Assembly (NCBI GenBank): GCA_965215565.1
Contig: CBDCDZ010000004.1
Coordinates: 3,584,001-3,648,000, forward strand
Direction of reading: 5' to 3'
DNA length: 64,000 nt
From: Trueperaceae bacterium
GTDB lineage: Bacteria; Deinococcota; Deinococci; Deinococcales; Trueperaceae
Of the stretch, positions 18,216 through 28,652 are shown one piece after another. Under the pieces are notes generated by a model. That model did not search any database, was not told the origin of the DNA, and saw only the letters and a list, made by a program, of their open reading frames with translations. How positions within the stretch are numbered: the first letter of the stretch is position 1; the number at the start of each line of letters is the position of its first letter. A program made the position numbers and the translations under genes.

Positions 18216-21209
18216 TTAGTCTGCCGCCTCTTGCAGCGCGGGCTCCTCCTGCGGCTGCTCCTCTAACGCCTCCGCCATCAACTCCGCGATGTGCTTGGAC
18301 CTCTTGCCCGTGCCGTCTTTGATCTGATGCCGACAGCTAAACCCGCACGCCGCCACCTCGCCTTCGTGCCCTCTTACTGCTGGAAAGAGCCGCTGCTCGC
18401 CAATTTGCATGGATACGTCAAAGTGGTTGTAGCCGAACGAGCCCGCCATGCCGCAGCAGCCCGAATCCACCTCGTGAACGTTCTCGGACAGCCATTCCAA
18501 AACAGACTTGCTGGCGCTCGAGCCGATGACCGCCTTTTGCTGGCAGTGGGCGTGCAGCATGATGGGCGTACCGTTTTTATGGAACGCTTTTTGGGGCTCG
18601 AGCTTTCCTTCGGTCCACTCCTTCGCTAAAAATTGGTCCAACATCTTGACGTTGTCGCCGACTTTATCCGTATCTTCACTCGGAACGAGATCGCGGTAGT
18701 CGTCGCTAAACGCCGTGACGCACGAGGGCTCCAAGCCGACGACGGGCACGCCTCTGTCCACGTAAGGTTTAAGCGCCGTCACATTTTTCTTAGCCAGCTT
18801 CTTCGCGTCGCGCAAGAGCCCTTTCGAGAGCTGTGGGCGTCCGCAGCAGCCGTAACTCACGTGCTCGACGTTGTAGCCTAACGCCTCCAACACCTTCGTC
18901 GCGGCGACGCCGACTTCGGGCTCGTTGTACATCGTCCAAGTGTCGGCGAAGAGCGCGACGGTAGGTTTCTCTTCGTCCGCTGATGCTTCCGACGCGCCAT
19001 TCCGGTTCCGCTTCACCCACTGGTGAAAGGATTCGTGTGCGTACTCGGGCATCACGCGGCGCTTGTCCACGCCCGCAGTTTTCTCCGCTAACCAACGCAC
19101 CGGCTTGAGGGGCAGCATCGCGTTGGCGATGGGCGCGAGAGCGCGTCCGATCGGCGCAACCGTCGCCGCGTTGCCCAGTGCCCGCGCTGCGACAGGTGTG
19201 CCGTGCTCGTCGTAGTAGTGCTGCAAGAACTCGTATTTGATCTTCGCCATGTCCACCTGGCTGGGGCACTCCGACTTGCAGGCTTTACAGCTCAAGCAGA
19301 GGTCCAGGGCGTCGTAGACCTCTTGACTTGCCAGACCGCCCGAGAGCCGCCCGTTCATCGCGTCGCGCAAGAGGTTGGCGCGTCCGCGCGTGGAGTGGTC
19401 CTCGTCGCGCGTGACCATAAACGAGGGGCACATCGTCCCCGTGGTGGTCTTGCGGCAGTGCCCGACGCCCGTACACGCTTCGATAGCGCCCATGAAGCCG
19501 CCGTCCGAGGAGAAGTCGAAGTGCGTGTCCACGTGTTGCACGTTATAGGGTGTGCCGTAGCGCAGGTTCTCGGTCATCGGCGGCGCGTCTACGATTTTAC
19601 CGGGGTTCATGAGACCCTTTGGGTCGAAAGCGCGTTTGATGTTGCGGAAGTCTTCGTACAGGGTCTCGCCGAAAAGGTTCTTGTTCTGATACGAACGGAT
19701 GAGCCCGTCGCCGTGCTCACCGGACCAGGAGCCGCCGTACTTCTTGACTAACTCGAAGGTCTCTTCGCTGATTTTCTGGAACGTCTCGATGCCCTCGTCC
19801 GTCTTGAGGTCTAAATGCGGTCTTATGTGGATGACGCCCACCGAAGCGTGCGCGTAGATGACCGCCTTCACGTCGTACTTCTCGCAGACCGCCAGGACTT
19901 CGGGGATGTAGTCAGCGAGGTGCTCGACGGGGATGGACGAATCCTCAATGAAGGGCGTCGGCTTGTGGCGTCCCTTGACGGTTGCGTAAATCCCTAAACC
20001 GCCCTTGCGAAACTCCCAGGCGTTCTTCTGCTCCTCGTGACCGTAAGCAACGTACGTGTGGTAGACGAGGTCTTTGACATTGGGGTCGTCCTCTAAGCCC
20101 TCGACGCCTTTCAGCATCTCCTCCTCGGTCTGACCGTCGAACTCCACCATTAAAACGGCAGCGGGCTCGCCCTCGAGCCATCCCAAAAGCGGTCTCAACG
20201 CCGGGTTCTGTTTGCCCAACTCGAAGAGGTGGTCATCTAAAATTTCCACCGCTGCCGGGTTGTGCTTGTTGATATGTTGCACCGCGCTGAGCGCGTTGAC
20301 GAGCGAGTCGAAGTGGAGGAGTGCTAAACACTTGTGTTTGGGGTTGGGCTCGAGCTGAATCGTCACGTCTAAGATGATGGCGAGCGTGCCTTCGGAGCCT
20401 GCCACGAGCTTGGCGAGGTTGAAGGGCTGACCTTCGGTGAACTCGTCTAGGTTATAGCCGCCCACGCGCCTCATCACCTTGGGGAAGCGCTCTTTGATGA
20501 GGTCTTTGTGCTCGGTGACGACGTGGTGAACAGTGCGGTAGATGTCGCCTTCGATGCCGTCTAAAGATTTTTTGGTCTCGAGTTCCTCCGCCGAGACCGC
20601 TTTAATCTCCGTAATCGTTCCGTCTGCCAGCATCACCGTCATCGCAATCGTCGCGTCCACCGACTTGCCGTACTTGATGCTCCTCGTCCCCGCCGAGTTG
20701 TTCGCCACCATCCCGCCGATGTTCGAGCGCGAGGTTGTGGACACGTCGGGCGTGAACTGCAAGTTATCCGAGGCTATCGCCGTGTTGAGGTTATCGCGAA
20801 TGACGCCCGGTTGCACCTTGACCCAGCGCTCCTCGGGGTTGTACTCCAAGACCTTGTCCATGTACTTGGAAAAGTCGATGACGATGGCTTCGCCGACAGT
20901 CTGCCCCGCCAAGCTCGTACCGCCGCCGCGCGGCAAGACGGGTAAGCCGTACTGGTTTGCCACTTCGACGACGTGCTTGACATCCTCAACCGTTTTCGGC
21001 AGCACCACGCCGTGCGGTTTGATTTCGTAGGGGCTAGCGTCCGTCGCCCAGAGGATGCGCGCGGCTTCATCGAAGCGCACCTCGCCCTCAACTTTCCACT
21101 TGAGTTCGTTCTCAACTTTGCGTAAGAGGTCAGCGTCAGCGGGGGGCGGCGTACCGGAGGCGCTGCCTACATTGTAGGGCGGTTCAGACTTTATTGCAGT
21201 GTCGCTCAT
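18216..21209 (-). CDS. FAD-linked oxidase / Fe-S / CCG-domain protein (YdiJ/GlcD-F fusion, 2-hydroxyacid dehydrogenase-like)
   Basis: PRGGGTSLAGQ, GSEGTL, SGEHGDG, CTGVGHC, CLSCKACKSECP, CCG motifs. Confidence 0.92.
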   Translation of the reverse strand: MSDTAIKSEPPYNVGSASGTPPPADADLLRKVENELKWKVEGEVRFDEAARILWATDASPYEIKPHGVVLPKTVEDVKHVVEVANQYGLPVLPRGGGTSLAGQTVGEAIVIDFSKYMDKVLEYNPEERWVKVQPGVIRDNLNTAIASDNLQFTPDVSTTSRSNIGGMVANNSAGTRSIKYGKSVDATIAMTVMLADGTITEIKAVSAEELETKKSLDGIEGDIYRTVHHVVTEHKDLIKERFPKVMRRVGGYNLDEFTEGQPFNLAKLVAGSEGTLAIILDVTIQLEPNPKHKCLALLHFDSLVNALSAVQHINKHNPAAVEILDDHLFELGKQNPALRPLLGWLEGEPAAVLMVEFDGQTEEEMLKGVEGLEDDPNVKDLVYHTYVAYGHEEQKNAWEFRKGGLGIYATVKGRHKPTPFIEDSSIPVEHLADYIPEVLAVCEKYDVKAVIYAHASVGVIHIRPHLDLKTDEGIETFQKISEETFELVKKYGGSWSGEHGDGLIRSYQNKNLFGETLYEDFRNIKRAFDPKGLMNPGKIVDAPPMTENLRYGTPYNVQHVDTHFDFSSDGGFMGAIEACTGVGHCRKTTTGTMCPSFMVTRDEDHSTRGRANLLRDAMNGRLSGGLASQEVYDALDLCLSCKACKSECPSQVDMAKIKYEFLQHYYDEHGTPVAARALGNAATVAPIGRALAPIANAMLPLKPVRWLAEKTAGVDKRRVMPEYAHESFHQWVKRNRNGASEASADEEKPTVALFADTWTMYNEPEVGVAATKVLEALGYNVEHVSYGCCGRPQLSKGLLRDAKKLAKKNVTALKPYVDRGVPVVGLEPSCVTAFSDDYRDLVPSEDTDKVGDNVKMLDQFLAKEWTEGKLEPQKAFHKNGTPIMLHAHCQQKAVIGSSASKSVLEWLSENVHEVDSGCCGMAGSFGYNHFDVSMQIGEQRLFPAVRGHEGEVAACGFSCRHQIKDGTGKRSKHIAELMAEALEEQPQEEPALQEAAD

Positions 21210-21415
21210 ACTTTATTATGCCACAGCTCAGGGATAGAAAAGAGCAATTGGAGGGCACGAAGCGGAGGTTTTAGCAGCGTATTCGCGACATTCGTAATTT
21301 TTTGTGCTTATACTAAAGTGAAGTTTAGATATCGTACTTTTGACATCTAAACCGCGCGGAAAAGAGCCTTTAGCTGGGCGTATTATGCCGTTATCGACGC
21401 GCGTTGATTCAAAGA

Positions 21416-21480
21416 TGCAGTCGCGTGGTCCCGCTCCCGCTAGACCTCTGGCTAAGGGCTTCTCAGCGCGTACCCTCAGA
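21416..21480 (+). repeat. Dispersed repeat family 2 (GCAGTCGCGTGG...CGCTCCCGCTAG)
   Basis: Related copies at 28441-28499 (minus) and 62002-62080. Confidence 0.6.
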
Positions 21481-21532
21481 CGCTCTCAATTTACGACATC
21501 CTTGAATCAGGTTAGTATTACATTTATCTTAC

Positions 21533-21760
21533 TAGCAGTTCCAAGACATACTGAGACGGATGAGCGCAGATCTCTGTCCGTAAGGACTAGCGTTACGGGC
21601 AGGCCGCCCTGCCGTTGCGGGATTTCATCTCCGAATGTGCGTGCTAGTTACGCAGTTTTCCGCAGGAAACACCGCTTTGCATAGTGAGAGTGTTGCTTCG
21701 CATCGCTTCGCGCACTCAAACCAGCTCCGAGCTTTGCGAGACAGACTTTGATACCTGCTA
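21533..21760 (+). mobile_element. MITE-like element family 1, copy D
   Basis: TAGCAG...CTGCTA ends; highly similar to the reverse complement of 9371-9596. Confidence 0.8.
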
Positions 21761-21859
21761 CACGTTGCAATAGTCCGACTTCGCGCTTATGACCTCATTC
21801 TGTTGGGTAGGCTCGAGCCACCGGGCGTGCGACAAGACCCACTGCAAGGCTCGACTCGC

Positions 21860-22024
21860 TGGCACCTCCACATCCGGCAGCACGCCGTGCCCGTCGCCAA
21901 AGCCGCTCGGACGGACGAAGTACTTGTAGGAGGCGCGCAGCTCGAGCCCCGTTTTAGGTAGTCCAAATCCAAAGGTAATGAAGTCACCTAAGTTCGTGGG
22001 TAAGCCACCCACCTCTTCCCCTAC
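21860..22024 (-). pseudogene. C-terminal remnant of an S41-family peptidase
   Basis: Reads VGEEVGGLPTNLGD...LPKTGLELRASYKYFVRPSG...GVLPDVEV directly at the recJ stop; catalytic N-terminal part absent. Confidence 0.6.
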
Positions 22025-24228
22025 TCAGCCCCGAAGAGCGTCACCACTGTCCGCGCAAACGAGGCTTCATCCAACGCGCGGTACGCATTGATAAAGGTCT
22101 GCAACTTGTAGTGCTCCGTCAACCCTCTGAGCAGCGTGTCCGAGCTGTACGGGTCGCGCTTTTGTCCTACCAACACGCGCCCCTTGTCGTCTAAAAGTTC
22201 TAACTCCATCAAGCAGGTGCGGCATAACTCACCCTTTTTACCGCCGAAGGGGACGCAGTTCTGCCGCTGCAAGCCGACAAAGGCGCGACGCAAATCGAGC
22301 ACAGAAGGAAAGAGGGGAAGGAAGTTCTCGAGCCTCACCAGTTCCACCTCTGAAAGAACAAAGTAGAGGTGCGCGTCTGACTGAACGAGCGTTTCCACCG
22401 GGCGCAAGAGGTCGAGCGGTCGGTCTTGCTCCAGAGGCAGCGCGCGGATGAAGAGGTGCGCGGGTATCTCCTGTCCGGGCTGCCACTCACCCCTATTTCT
22501 GTCCACCTCGCGGCTCGGATTTCCTCTATGAACGCGCCTAGCTTCCGCACTCTTCTCACCAAAACTGAGCGGCGCAGCCACGCGGACCTCTTCGGCGACG
22601 AACTCCACAGACTTGCGCCCTTGCCACTCGTTCTCGCGCAGGCTCGCCACTGCATTGACCGTCGGCTTACCTGCTAACTCTTGAGCCTCTTCCCCTTTGT
22701 TCCAAGAGATGCCCTTAACGCCGCCCACGCGCAGTTGCAGGTGCTTACCAGACTGCCCGACACCCCTCACCATATCGAGTGAGCCCGTCAGCGCGAAGAG
22801 AGGGGACTCGTGCCCCTGACCGTAGGGTTCCAGAGCGTTGATCGCGGCTAAAAGGTCGGCGTCTACTTGCGCGGGGTCCAAGAGCGCGTCGGCGACGACT
22901 TCGGGCTGAGAGGGTGGATGCTTAGCGACGTACTCCAAGACCTTTTCCTTGAACGCTCCAATATTCCCATCGCGGATCGCAAAGCCCGCCGCCTGCGAGT
23001 GACCGCCGAAACGTTCCAACGTCTCTGCGGCATATTCCAGACCCTCCACCGCCGAAATATCCCGCGTCGAACGCACCGAGCCTTTGCCCTTAGCGATAAT
23101 GAAGACGGGTTTATAAAAGCGCTCTAAGAGCTTGCTCGCCACGATGCCCATCACGCCAGGATGCCAGCCGAGGTCATCCAGGATGAGCGCAGGGGCGCTG
23201 GGGTCGGCTTTCTCCAACGCTTCCGCTAACATCGCGTCTTGCACCTTGCGGCGGTCGTTGTTGCGAGCGTCTAGGTACGCGGCTAACTCCTTCGCGCGGC
23301 GCTCCGAAGGGGTGATGAGCAGCTCGAGCCCCAAATCCGCCTCGCCTAACCGTCCGGCGGCGTTGAGGCGCGGGGCGATGCCAAAGGCGACATCCCTTGC
23401 GGTCGGATTGCCCGAGTTGAGCGCCCGCGCCAGCACCGCTCTGAGCCCGTGCCACCTCGAGTCACGTAGCTTCGCCAGTCCTTCATTGACTAGCGCCCGG
23501 TTCTCCCCCAACAAGGGCGCAACGTCGGCGATGGTGCCGATGGCGGCTAAGTCGCTGTAGTCGGTAGGCGCTTCCAAACCTAGGCGCTCGTGCAGCGCCC
23601 ATAAGAGGTGATACGCAACGCCCGCCCCGGTGAGTTCGGGCAAGCCCTTTTTCGCGGAGGGCGAGAGCGACGGATGGACAACGAGACATTCCGGCGTCTC
23701 CTGCCCCGGATGGTGGTGGTCGGTGACGATGACCTCGACGCCTCTTGCTTGCAGGTCTGCAACCTCTTGCAGATTGCTGATGCCGCAGTCCACCGTTACG
23801 AAGAGGTCCGCGCGTCCGGCGTGCTCCTCGACGCGCTGCGGCGCTATGCCGTAGCCGTCCGTGAGGCGGTTGGGGATGAAGGGCGTGACGTTGCCGCCTA
23901 GCGCCCGCAGCCCGAGCGTCAAAACAGACGTGCCGCTGATGCCGTCGGCGTCGTAGTCGCCGTGAATAAGGATGCGGCGTTTGTTTTTAAGGGCGTGCTC
24001 TAACCGCTCTGCCGCCTCGTTCAACTCTGGAATCGGCGTAAGTGCCAAAGGCGGTTGGAGCCAAGAGGTCGAGGCGTCCCGGAAGCCTCTCGCGTAGAGG
24101 ATGCTGGCGAGAAGCGGAGGGATACGGAGGTCTTTGGAAAGTTGCGCAACCTCTTGCGGCGGCGCAGCCGGGCGCACCATCCAGCGTGTTGCCAGAGGTG
24201 TGATGTCCTGGGTTAGCGTAGCGTCCAT
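22021..24228 (-). CDS. recJ: ssDNA-specific exonuclease RecJ
   Basis: GDYDADG, PNRLTDGYG, VTDHH, GTIADV, PRLNAAGR, GGHSQAAG. Confidence 0.97.
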   Translation of the reverse strand: MDATLTQDITPLATRWMVRPAAPPQEVAQLSKDLRIPPLLASILYARGFRDASTSWLQPPLALTPIPELNEAAERLEHALKNKRRILIHGDYDADGISGTSVLTLGLRALGGNVTPFIPNRLTDGYGIAPQRVEEHAGRADLFVTVDCGISNLQEVADLQARGVEVIVTDHHHPGQETPECLVVHPSLSPSAKKGLPELTGAGVAYHLLWALHERLGLEAPTDYSDLAAIGTIADVAPLLGENRALVNEGLAKLRDSRWHGLRAVLARALNSGNPTARDVAFGIAPRLNAAGRLGEADLGLELLITPSERRAKELAAYLDARNNDRRKVQDAMLAEALEKADPSAPALILDDLGWHPGVMGIVASKLLERFYKPVFIIAKGKGSVRSTRDISAVEGLEYAAETLERFGGHSQAAGFAIRDGNIGAFKEKVLEYVAKHPPSQPEVVADALLDPAQVDADLLAAINALEPYGQGHESPLFALTGSLDMVRGVGQSGKHLQLRVGGVKGISWNKGEEAQELAGKPTVNAVASLRENEWQGRKSVEFVAEEVRVAAPLSFGEKSAEARRVHRGNPSREVDRNRGEWQPGQEIPAHLFIRALPLEQDRPLDLLRPVETLVQSDAHLYFVLSEVELVRLENFLPLFPSVLDLRRAFVGLQRQNCVPFGGKKGELCRTCLMELELLDDKGRVLVGQKRDPYSSDTLLRGLTEHYKLQTFINAYRALDEASFARTVVTLFGAE

Positions 24229-24594
24229 CTAGGCGCGGCGTCTGGGGTCAGGTAAGCGCTTCTTCTTGTCTCTTCTATTATCATCTCTATTGCTGTCGTC
24301 ATCCTTTGCGTCGTCCGTGCGGTCAGGAATGACGGGCGTTTCGGGCTCCTCGCCCAACTCAATCAGACGACGCTCCAGCTTCCGATTCTCGCGGCTGAGC
24401 GTCCAAATCCGCCCGAACGACGCGCCCCACCCTGCCAAAAAGCTGAGGATAATCGTGACGGCAAGGACGAGCGCCGTCGGTAATGGCAGCAAGAAGGGCA
24501 GTATGATCGTCTGCGGGTTGATGTTGTGTAGAATCAGCAGATAAGCGATCAGCGCGAGCACCAAGATAAGCTGAACGATTCGAATGACTTTCAA
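24229..24594 (-). CDS. Small membrane protein, LapA/DUF1049-like
   Basis: Two hydrophobic segments flanking N.PQ, then a coiled/charged tail; abuts recJ. Confidence 0.7.
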   Translation of the reverse strand: MKVIRIVQLILVLALIAYLLILHNINPQTIILPFLLPLPTALVLAVTIILSFLAGWGASFGRIWTLSRENRKLERRLIELGEEPETPVIPDRTDDAKDDDSNRDDNRRDKKKRLPDPRRRA

Positions 24595-24654
24595 GACGAA
24601 CCTCCGTTACGCTAGTTTAGCGCACCTTAGCGCTTAGCGGGAGGGAATCAGTAC

Positions 24655-24722
24655 GAAGAGAGAGGAAAGAGAAAAGAACTGAGGTTAAAGATTTTCTCTT
24701 TTCTCTCAGCCCTTTTCTCTTT
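24655..24722. repeat. Heptamer-periodic purine/pyrimidine inverted repeat
   Basis: agagagg/aaagaga/aaagaac arm and ttttctc/ttttctc...ttttctc arm. Confidence 0.55.
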
Positions 24723-24731
24723 GACCTGCTT

Positions 24732-26294
24732 CTACCGTCTCGCTTCCGCCCGCCCTCTTGACCTCCGTCTATTCGGTTTGCCCTGCGGTTTACTTCTCGG
24801 TTTCGTGAGGGGCGCTCTAGCTTTGCTGACCTCTAAGGTGTCAACATCGAGGTCCGCTTTGTCGGGGCGAACGTCTGCGTATGCGCCTTTGACAGTCAGC
24901 TCGATGCGTCCAAGCTCGCCCGCGTCGGCGTCTTTGAGTTGGCGCACGACGTGACCCACCGTGCCGATGTTGCCTTCTAAACCGAGTGTCACCCAGCCCT
25001 CTTCGCCTGTGAGGAGGCTCTTGGGTGCGGGTGCGCCGCCTAAGAGAAGGGCGAAAAGTCCGGCTAACGTCTCGCTGTCGCCGCTCTCGAGTAGTTCCTC
25101 CGCCGTCTCGCGCCAGAAGGTTTTGTCCTCTTCGGATTGTGACTGGGCGTTGCTGAGAAGACGCTCGAGTTTAAGGTCTTGCACCCGCTCGGGCGTCGGC
25201 GCAGCGGTTTTAGTGAACTTGCGGGCGACGGCACGCTCGAGGAGCGCCAAGTCGCGCTTCTCGCGGGTTCCGTAGAGAAGGACGACGGTGCCCTCACGCC
25301 CCGCCCGCCCGGTGCGCCCGGAGCGGTGCTGATAGGCGTCCGTGTCGCTCGGGATGCGGTAGTGGACGACTAAATCCACCTCGGGAATGTCCAAGCCTCG
25401 CGCCGCAACGTTCGTGCCGATGAGCGCGTTGACTTGTCCCGAACGAAACCGCGCCAGGACGCGCTCGCGCTGGGTCTGGTTGAGGTCGCCGTGGATGGCT
25501 TCCGCGCCGTGCCCGTTCGCGTTCAGCTCTTTGGCGAGTTTGTCAACCTCGGCTTTAGTGTGCGTGAAGATAATCGTCTTCTCGCCGTGGTGCGCGTGCA
25601 AGAGGTCGGACAAGATGCCGAGGCGCTGGTTGACGTTCGCCTCGATCGCCAACTCCTCATAGCTGACCTCTTCTTCGCGCATGAGGTCGGCGTGCTCGGG
25701 GTCTACAAGGTGCTTTTTTGCCAAGTTCTTCGCCCAACGCGGTAGCGTCGCGGAGAAGAACATGGTTTGGCGCTCGCTCGGCGTGGCGGCAAGAAGCGTT
25801 TCCACGTCCTCTTCGAAGCCCATCGAGAGCATTTCATCCGCTTCATCTAGGACGACGAATTGGACGCCCCCGAGGTCCAGCACGCCCCGCTGCATGTAGT
25901 CGATCGCCCGCCCCGGCGTCGCTACGACGATGTCACAGCCGCGCTTGAGGTCTGAGGCTTGCTTGCCGTAACCCGTGCCGCCGTAGACCGTCACGACGCT
26001 GAGATGCGGGGCAACCCACTCGAGTTCGCCCGCGACTTGCAGCGCTAACTCGCGCGTCGGCGTGAGAATAAAGGCTCTGGGCGCACGCCCTTTAGTTCTG
26101 TCGGTCTCTAAGCCGCTCGCCATCGGGAGACCGAACGCCAAGGTTTTGCCCGTCCCTGTGCGGGCTTGCCCTAAGATGTCGCGCCCGGCTAAGGAGTGAG
26201 GCAGCGTCGCCGCTTGAATCGGCGTGGGCGTGGTGAAGCCTTTGTTTTGAAGGGTTTTGAGGACGTTTTCGGATAGGGTGTAGTCAGTAAACAT
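24732..26294 (-). CDS. DEAD-box RNA helicase (Hera-like)
   Basis: GQARTGTGKT, PTRELA, DEAD, SAT, ARGLD, HRSGRTGRAG; GAP..SLLTG.EGW C-terminal region. Confidence 0.96.
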   Translation of the reverse strand: MFTDYTLSENVLKTLQNKGFTTPTPIQAATLPHSLAGRDILGQARTGTGKTLAFGLPMASGLETDRTKGRAPRAFILTPTRELALQVAGELEWVAPHLSVVTVYGGTGYGKQASDLKRGCDIVVATPGRAIDYMQRGVLDLGGVQFVVLDEADEMLSMGFEEDVETLLAATPSERQTMFFSATLPRWAKNLAKKHLVDPEHADLMREEEVSYEELAIEANVNQRLGILSDLLHAHHGEKTIIFTHTKAEVDKLAKELNANGHGAEAIHGDLNQTQRERVLARFRSGQVNALIGTNVAARGLDIPEVDLVVHYRIPSDTDAYQHRSGRTGRAGREGTVVLLYGTREKRDLALLERAVARKFTKTAAPTPERVQDLKLERLLSNAQSQSEEDKTFWRETAEELLESGDSETLAGLFALLLGGAPAPKSLLTGEEGWVTLGLEGNIGTVGHVVRQLKDADAGELGRIELTVKGAYADVRPDKADLDVDTLEVSKARAPLTKPRSKPQGKPNRRRSRGRAEARR

Positions 26295-26927
26295 AGATGA
26301 CCTTTCATGTCATGCCCCGACGTGTTAGTCGGAAATCCTAGTCGAGCACAACCGTAGAGGGCGTCGCGCTATAACCGTGAAGGTACGGTTTACGCACAAC
26401 GTAAAGCTAAGTTGCAAAGACTAAATTGATATCGGTTAAGTAAGGGAAAAAAGAGTGAAGGGCGGAAGAGTTGAGTTGAACCGGGGGCAGAGAATACGTG
26501 TGCGCTCCCTCGTCCCGTAACTACAGGTCTTACGCGCCTTGCATCCTCGAGATACCGTTTGGAAAAATAAAAACCAGCATCTAAAATTGCCACTGAAAAT
26601 GTGCTTCTCGGTCAACCATTCGCGCTGACCTCTTAGAAGCGTAACACAGAAATAGGAGGGTCATGTGTTCTTGCTTATCCCGCGTTCTTATACCGAGATT
26701 TGATGTTGGATTTTAATGTCGGAATTTGATACCAGGGCCGGTCACAGCACCTTAACTCAACTTGGCAAAAGCCAACGTGCTACGTTTACGACTGCGAAGC
26801 GTTGCGCCCCAACTCTGTGAGTATGCCTTTCGCTCAAAGATGAAGAATACGTTTGGACTTGAACACACGCGACGCCTATCGCTTAGATGAGACCCTGCAA
26901 AGCGCTCGAGTCCTCCCAGGAGCTTTT

Positions 26928-27857
26928 ATGATGGTACAGCGCCGCCCCCTCACCCTAGACCTCGACGTGATCAATATCGCCCTTATCGCCCTAGCCGCCG
27001 CGCTAGCGTACTGGGCTCCGTTCGCAACCTTTTTACTCGCTTACGCAGTTCTCGGTCCACTTCATTACCTTACAGAAATCTCTTGGTTACACGAACGGCG
27101 CTACTTCTCGAGTCGCCTCGGCGTACTGCTACCCTTGGGTCTAGCCCTATGTACCTTCTTTGTAGGTGGAGAGTTGCGCACCTTCTTCATGGTTTGCGCG
27201 TTCGGTTGTGCGTACGCGATCACGTGCAAGTCGCTCTCTTCGCGCCTCGCAGCTTTTTCTATCGTTCCCGTCGCCGCGTTTTTACTCATGCACATCAGTT
27301 TGGCGCAAACCCTTTTTCTGGTACTTCTGCCGACGCTTATTCACGTGAGCGTTTTCACCCTCGTGTTTATGCTCGTGGGAGCAAAGCGCTCAAAGAAAGT
27401 GAGCGCCGCCGCCGCGCCCCTTTGCTACGGCGTCGCGGCGGTGGCGCTCGGACTTATCACGGTGGGCGGCAACTATACGGTGAGCAGCTTCGTCAGCGAG
27501 GCTTACGTTGCGTTCGAAGGTCTCAACCTCGAGGTGATGAACTTAGTAGGTATCCGCAACCCAGACCGTCACGCGGCTATCTACGCCTCGAGCGCCGGGC
27601 TCGCCGTCATGCGCATCATCGCTTTTGCCTACACCTATCACTACTTCAACTGGTTCTCAAAAACCCGCGTCATCGGCTGGCATGAGGTGTCCGGGCGGCG
27701 CATCTTCGCTATTCTGGTCCTCTGGCTGGGATCAGTTGCCTTTTATCTGTACGATTACGTGACCGGAACCTATATGCTCCTCCTACTCTCTTTCGGACAC
27801 GTTATTCTGGAATTTCCCCTCAACCACCTTACGTTCAAGTCGCTGCTGAGCCGTTAG
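26928..27857 (+). CDS. Uncharacterised polytopic membrane protein with His-containing motifs
   Basis: Many TM segments; LGPLHYLTEISWLH, PTLIHV, YTYHYFNWFSKT, GWH, GHVILEFPLNH. Start uncertain (26853-26931). Confidence 0.75.
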   Translation: MMVQRRPLTLDLDVINIALIALAAALAYWAPFATFLLAYAVLGPLHYLTEISWLHERRYFSSRLGVLLPLGLALCTFFVGGELRTFFMVCAFGCAYAITCKSLSSRLAAFSIVPVAAFLLMHISLAQTLFLVLLPTLIHVSVFTLVFMLVGAKRSKKVSAAAAPLCYGVAAVALGLITVGGNYTVSSFVSEAYVAFEGLNLEVMNLVGIRNPDRHAAIYASSAGLAVMRIIAFAYTYHYFNWFSKTRVIGWHEVSGRRIFAILVLWLGSVAFYLYDYVTGTYMLLLLSFGHVILEFPLNHLTFKSLLSR

Positions 27858-27880
27858 GGAGGCTAGGGGCGTCGAGACTA

Positions 27881-27991
27881 AAGCGGTTATCATAAACATT
27901 GAGTTGAAATGGCGCAGATATCATCCCCTAAAGTGCGTGCTAAACAATGTTCTCTTTAGTGAGATTGGCTCAAACCAGATGCTACCTGCTA
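27881..27991 (+). mobile_element. MITE-like element family 1, copy E (111-bp core form)
   Basis: Colinear with copy B and the same length; ends caaaccagatgctacctgcta. Confidence 0.75.
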
Positions 27992-28168
27992 CATAAGAAA
28001 CCATGTTCCAGTATTACACAAGTCAAGCGTCCTGCTCTATTGTCAGCGCAATGACCGGGAGCCTGGTACTTTTTGGTAAGTACATTTATGTCTCATGTAG
28101 GACTACCGGTCAGCCAGTACATTTGCGTCTCGCGAGAGTTCTATGAAGATGGTTAAGATAAAAGGGTC

Positions 28169-28315
28169 ATGGATTCCTTTGCTGCTGCTACAACAGGTTT
28201 AATTTTAGGTTTATTTATCGGTATCTCTATCGGCTTCTTCGAGATTGCACCTTTCTTCGCTCTGGGCGGTGGGGTAGCAGGATTCACCTTCGTAAACAGA
28301 TTGAAGACACGTTGA
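28169..28315 (+). CDS. Possible 48-aa hydrophobic protein or pseudogene
   Basis: MDSFAAATTGLILGLFIGISIGFFEIAPFFALGGGVAGFTFVNRLKTR; TAAGAT upstream; the frame stays open past TGA to 28444. Confidence 0.35.
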   Translation: MDSFAAATTGLILGLFIGISIGFFEIAPFFALGGGVAGFTFVNRLKTR

Positions 28316-28440
28316 GAAGTTGGCGTTAGTCCGTTTGCCCTAGCCGCTTTTAGCGCCTATATCATCGCAAAAATTACGAGAGGTCAGCGGCCTCTCGTTT
28401 CATTTATAGTAGACCTCTTACAAAAGTACCGCTTTATCCA

Positions 28441-28499
28441 CTGAGCGCGTCCCTTCGCCTAGCGGGAGCGTATGCGACAGCGAGACCGCGCGACTTCAC
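28441..28499 (-). repeat. Dispersed repeat family 2 copy
   Basis: Reverse complement reads gaagtcgcgcgg...cgctcccgctag. Confidence 0.55.
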
Positions 28500-28652
28500 T
28501 TTGTGCACTACTCATGCCCGCAGGACTTACGCCAGACCGCGTGAACTGCTCGGCAAAAGCAAGAGCCGGGAAGAACACCCGCCGCCCACTTTCGCAAGTC
28601 TAGTTATGCAGCTAGAAACGTTATCTTTAGATAGTTGTTAAACTGATTGATT

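Noticed and set aside
26295..26850. Riboswitch or thermosensor in the DEAD-box helicase leader
   Set aside because: A long intergenic region, but no aptamer or structure I can support.
28313..28315. Selenocysteine recoding of the in-frame TGA
   Set aside because: No redox motif context or clear SECIS hairpin.
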